A DNA stretch of 64,000 bases, taken from NCBI GenBank assembly GCA_963739555.1, contig CAVUAV010000006.1, forward strand, positions 222,760 through 286,759, given 5' to 3'. How positions within the stretch are numbered: the first letter of the stretch is position 1; the number at the start of each line of letters is the position of its first letter. Source of the DNA: an uncultured Acidimicrobiales bacterium. Its GTDB lineage: Bacteria > Actinomycetota > Acidimicrobiia > Acidimicrobiales > DATKAS01. The notes under the pieces were generated by a model. That model worked only from the letters and a program-made list of their open reading frames with translations. It was not told where the DNA came from and made no database searches. The position numbers and the translations under genes are program-made. Below, one piece after another: positions 61,718 through 64,000 of this stretch.

Positions 61718-62845
61718 CTACCAGCCGTTCGATCTGATCTCGTCCCCGTCGGCATCGAGAGGACGCCCGGCCCATCTGATGTGGCCGGGCGTCTTCGCGA
61801 GATGCGCGATCAGGCCTTGCATCGGCACGCCGTCGACCTCGACGATCGCATCGCGTGACACGTAGTGGGGATCGGCGTCGATGTCACCCATCGTCATCAC
61901 CGGCGCGATCGCCGCCTCGGCTCGTTGGAACTCGGCGAGCACCGCAGCGGAAGGTCGTGCGGCGATCCAGTCGCGCACGACGCGGTCGACCTCGTCTCGA
62001 TGCTCGACTCTCCCCGCGAACGTTGCGAACCGAGGGTCATCGCCGAGGCCTACGAGCGCCATCACGCGTGACGCGACCGACTCGGCCGACGTCGACAGCG
62101 CGACCCACTTGCCGTCGGCGCACTGGTAGGTGCCTCGAGGCACGGAGTAGGGGATGCCGGAGCCCATGCGAGGTTGCTCGTAGCCGAGCAATCGGTGCGC
62201 GCCGATGAGCGGCCCCATGAGCTGGAAGAGCGACTCGAGCAGGTTCACGTCGACGACCTGGCCGACGCCCGAGTGCACTCCGACGAGCGTGGCGAAGGCG
62301 GCGACGAGCCCGGTGACCTCGTCGGTCAGCGCGATCGGCGGGAGCAAGGGCCCACCGTCGGGCTCGCCGTTGATCGCCGCGAAGCCGCTCATCGCCTCGG
62401 CGATCGTGGCGAACCCCGGGCGTGTCGCGTAGGGGCCGTCTTGACCGAAGCCGGTGATGCGAGTGATCACGAGCCTCGGGTTGCGTGCCAGAAGCACGTC
62501 AGGCCCGAGGCCGAGACGCTCGAGCGTGCCGGGCCGGAAGTTCTCGATGAGCACGTCGGCCTCGTCGCAGAGCCGGTGCATCAGCTCGAGGTCGTTGGGT
62601 GACTTCAGATCGAGAGCGATGGTGCGCTTGCCGCGTCCGCCGAGCTTCCACCAGAGGGTGACGCCGTCGCGTGGGTCGCGCCAACCCATGTTGCGCAGCG
62701 TGTCGCCGCCGTCAGGACGCTCGACCTTGATCACGTCGGCGCCGAAGTCGGCGAGGTAGCGGGCGCACGCGGGGCCGGCCACGACGGACGACGCATCGAT
62801 GACCTTCAGGTCCGCGAGCGGCCCCGCGGTCGGCTCGTCGCTCAC
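61718..62845 (-). CDS. family III CoA-transferase (CaiB/BaiF)
   Basis: LKVIDASSVVAGPACARYLADFGADVIKVE. The 375-aa ORF is intact. Confidence 0.85.
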   Translation of the reverse strand: MSDEPTAGPLADLKVIDASSVVAGPACARYLADFGADVIKVERPDGGDTLRNMGWRDPRDGVTLWWKLGGRGKRTIALDLKSPNDLELMHRLCDEADVLIENFRPGTLERLGLGPDVLLARNPRLVITRITGFGQDGPYATRPGFATIAEAMSGFAAINGEPDGGPLLPPIALTDEVTGLVAAFATLVGVHSGVGQVVDVNLLESLFQLMGPLIGAHRLLGYEQPRMGSGIPYSVPRGTYQCADGKWVALSTSAESVASRVMALVGLGDDPRFATFAGRVEHRDEVDRVVRDWIAARPSAAVLAEFQRAEAAIAPVMTMGDIDADPHYVSRDAIVEVDGVPMQGLIAHLAKTPGHIRWAGRPLDADGDEIRSNGW

Positions 62846-63447
62846 CCGAAGACGTTGAAGCCGTCGGGCAGCCCGGCTCGCCCGCCGAGCGACCGGATCA
62901 ACACGAGCGGGTCGGCGACCTTCGCCATGATCTCCGTCGTCACCGCGACCGCGTCACCGCGAACGGTCGGCGGAAAGTCGAGCGCGTCGGTGATGTCGAG
63001 TGTGTGGACGGTCAGCTCGACGATCCGCGTCGGCAGGTAGTCGATGAGGCGCATGCCGCCGAAGCGAGAGCTGCAGACTGCGTCGTCGGGCTCGCTCGCG
63101 ACACGATCGACAACCCGCTGCGCGAGGGGACGGATCGCGCCGACCGGATCATCCCCGAGCGCGGCACCTGCTTGACGGCCACGCTCCGCCACGTCGTCGT
63201 GCAGCGCTGGCGTCGCCATCTGCAGTCCGCGCGTGTAGTACTCGAGCGGCGACTGGATCGTGATCTCGAGCTTCGGTGCGTCGAGATACTGCTCGACCGT
63301 GACCACGGCGCGGCTTGCGTGGCCGACCAGCTCCTGCAGAGTCCACACTCCGAGGCCTGGCGCCGACCACGCGTCGTCCGGAACGGCCAGCACCGCGTCG
63401 ACGAATCCGGCCGTGGCCTCGTTGAACGCGTGTCGGATGTCGGTCAT
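62842..63447 (-). CDS. DinB/MDMPI-N family (mycothiol-dependent-isomerase-like) protein
   Basis: The start is at MTDIRHAF. WSAPGLGVWTLQELVGHASRAV follows. An ATGA overlap couples it to the upstream gene. Confidence 0.7.
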   Translation of the reverse strand: MTDIRHAFNEATAGFVDAVLAVPDDAWSAPGLGVWTLQELVGHASRAVVTVEQYLDAPKLEITIQSPLEYYTRGLQMATPALHDDVAERGRQAGAALGDDPVGAIRPLAQRVVDRVASEPDDAVCSSRFGGMRLIDYLPTRIVELTVHTLDITDALDFPPTVRGDAVAVTTEIMAKVADPLVLIRSLGGRAGLPDGFNVFG

Positions 63448-64000
63448 GCGAGCCCGTCCATCGTGAAGCATCGATCGTCGAGCGTGCCGAACGCGTACTG
63501 CTCGTAGAAGCCGGCGAACATCGCGCGTGTCTTGTTCGTCCACTCGAGGGCCTCGGGCGTCGAGATCCGCCGGTGCACTTGGATGACCCCGCCCTCGAAC
63601 ACGCGGTACTCCGCCCACGTGCCGGGAAAGTCCTTCACGCACGCGACCTCGACGTAGGGGATCGCGCCGGTCGCGCTCGAAGTGGCGTACGCGGTTGCGA
63701 TGGGTGTGGCCGGCGAAGTACCCGAGGATCGATGGTCGGCGCGCGATCACGTCGACCAGGCCCTCGGAGTCGTCGGGGTTGAGCCCGAAGTAGGTGAGGC
63801 TGCGCTTCGCAGAGTCGGGGCTCCACGGGTGGTGATGACCCATCACCATGATTGCGCGATCGCTCTCGGCGCTCATCGTGTCGACCCACGCGAGCTGGTC
63901 CTTCGTGATCCGCCCCGTCGTCTCGAACGGGATGACGGTGTCGAGCACCAGCACGCGCACGCCGGGCAGCACGACCTCACGGTCCCCCGCCTCGTAGGTC
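63444..64000 (-). CDS. metallophosphoesterase (5' end off the window), apparent frameshift near 63690
   Basis: MVMGHHHP and FAGHTHRN are present. It continues as TGAIPYVEVACVKDFPGTWAEYRV in another frame. Confidence 0.7.

Overview
The window is a high-GC, densely packed chromosomal segment, almost certainly from an actinobacterium. The evidence is WhiB, a GlnR-type orphan regulator, a mycothiol-type DinB/MDMPI protein, an ArsA-like ATPase pair and DUF222-HNH. Most of it is core metabolism. This includes a nitrogen block (nadE, glnE, glnA, glnA2, glnR), ask-asd, Fe-S carrier genes (erpA-like, mrp/apbC), selA-selB, hbd/aat and an ethylmalonyl-CoA-mutase-like gene.

The accessory or unusual parts are:
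- A tRNA-Pro(CGG) gene followed by two further copies of its 3' half. These delimit two decayed, tandemly integrated elements at about 46.6-51.2 kb.
- A DUF222-HNH gene translationally coupled to a catalytically dead RadC/JAB-like gene.
- An arsR / arsI(cadI)-like / MIP channel / arsC locus.
- A minus-strand operon encoding a DUF11 surface protein, a membrane protein and a Ser/Thr kinase whose sensor region resembles that membrane protein. It sits divergent from an FHA-adenylyl cyclase gene.
- Two tightly coupled operons of unknown function: a ferritin-like pair, and a 2Fe-2S/truncated-Moco fusion with RidA, a micro-ORF and a PLP decarboxylase.

About 35 genes, several of them normally essential, only read through if 1-2 nt frame changes are assumed. 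Several of these sit at C/G homopolymers or CG repeats, so I read them as consensus indel errors rather than pseudogenes. The six-frame track therefore splits many real genes and creates false fusions. Feature coordinates below are my merged reconstructions. I found no rRNA or CRISPR array. All function calls rest on motif recognition by eye, not on searches.
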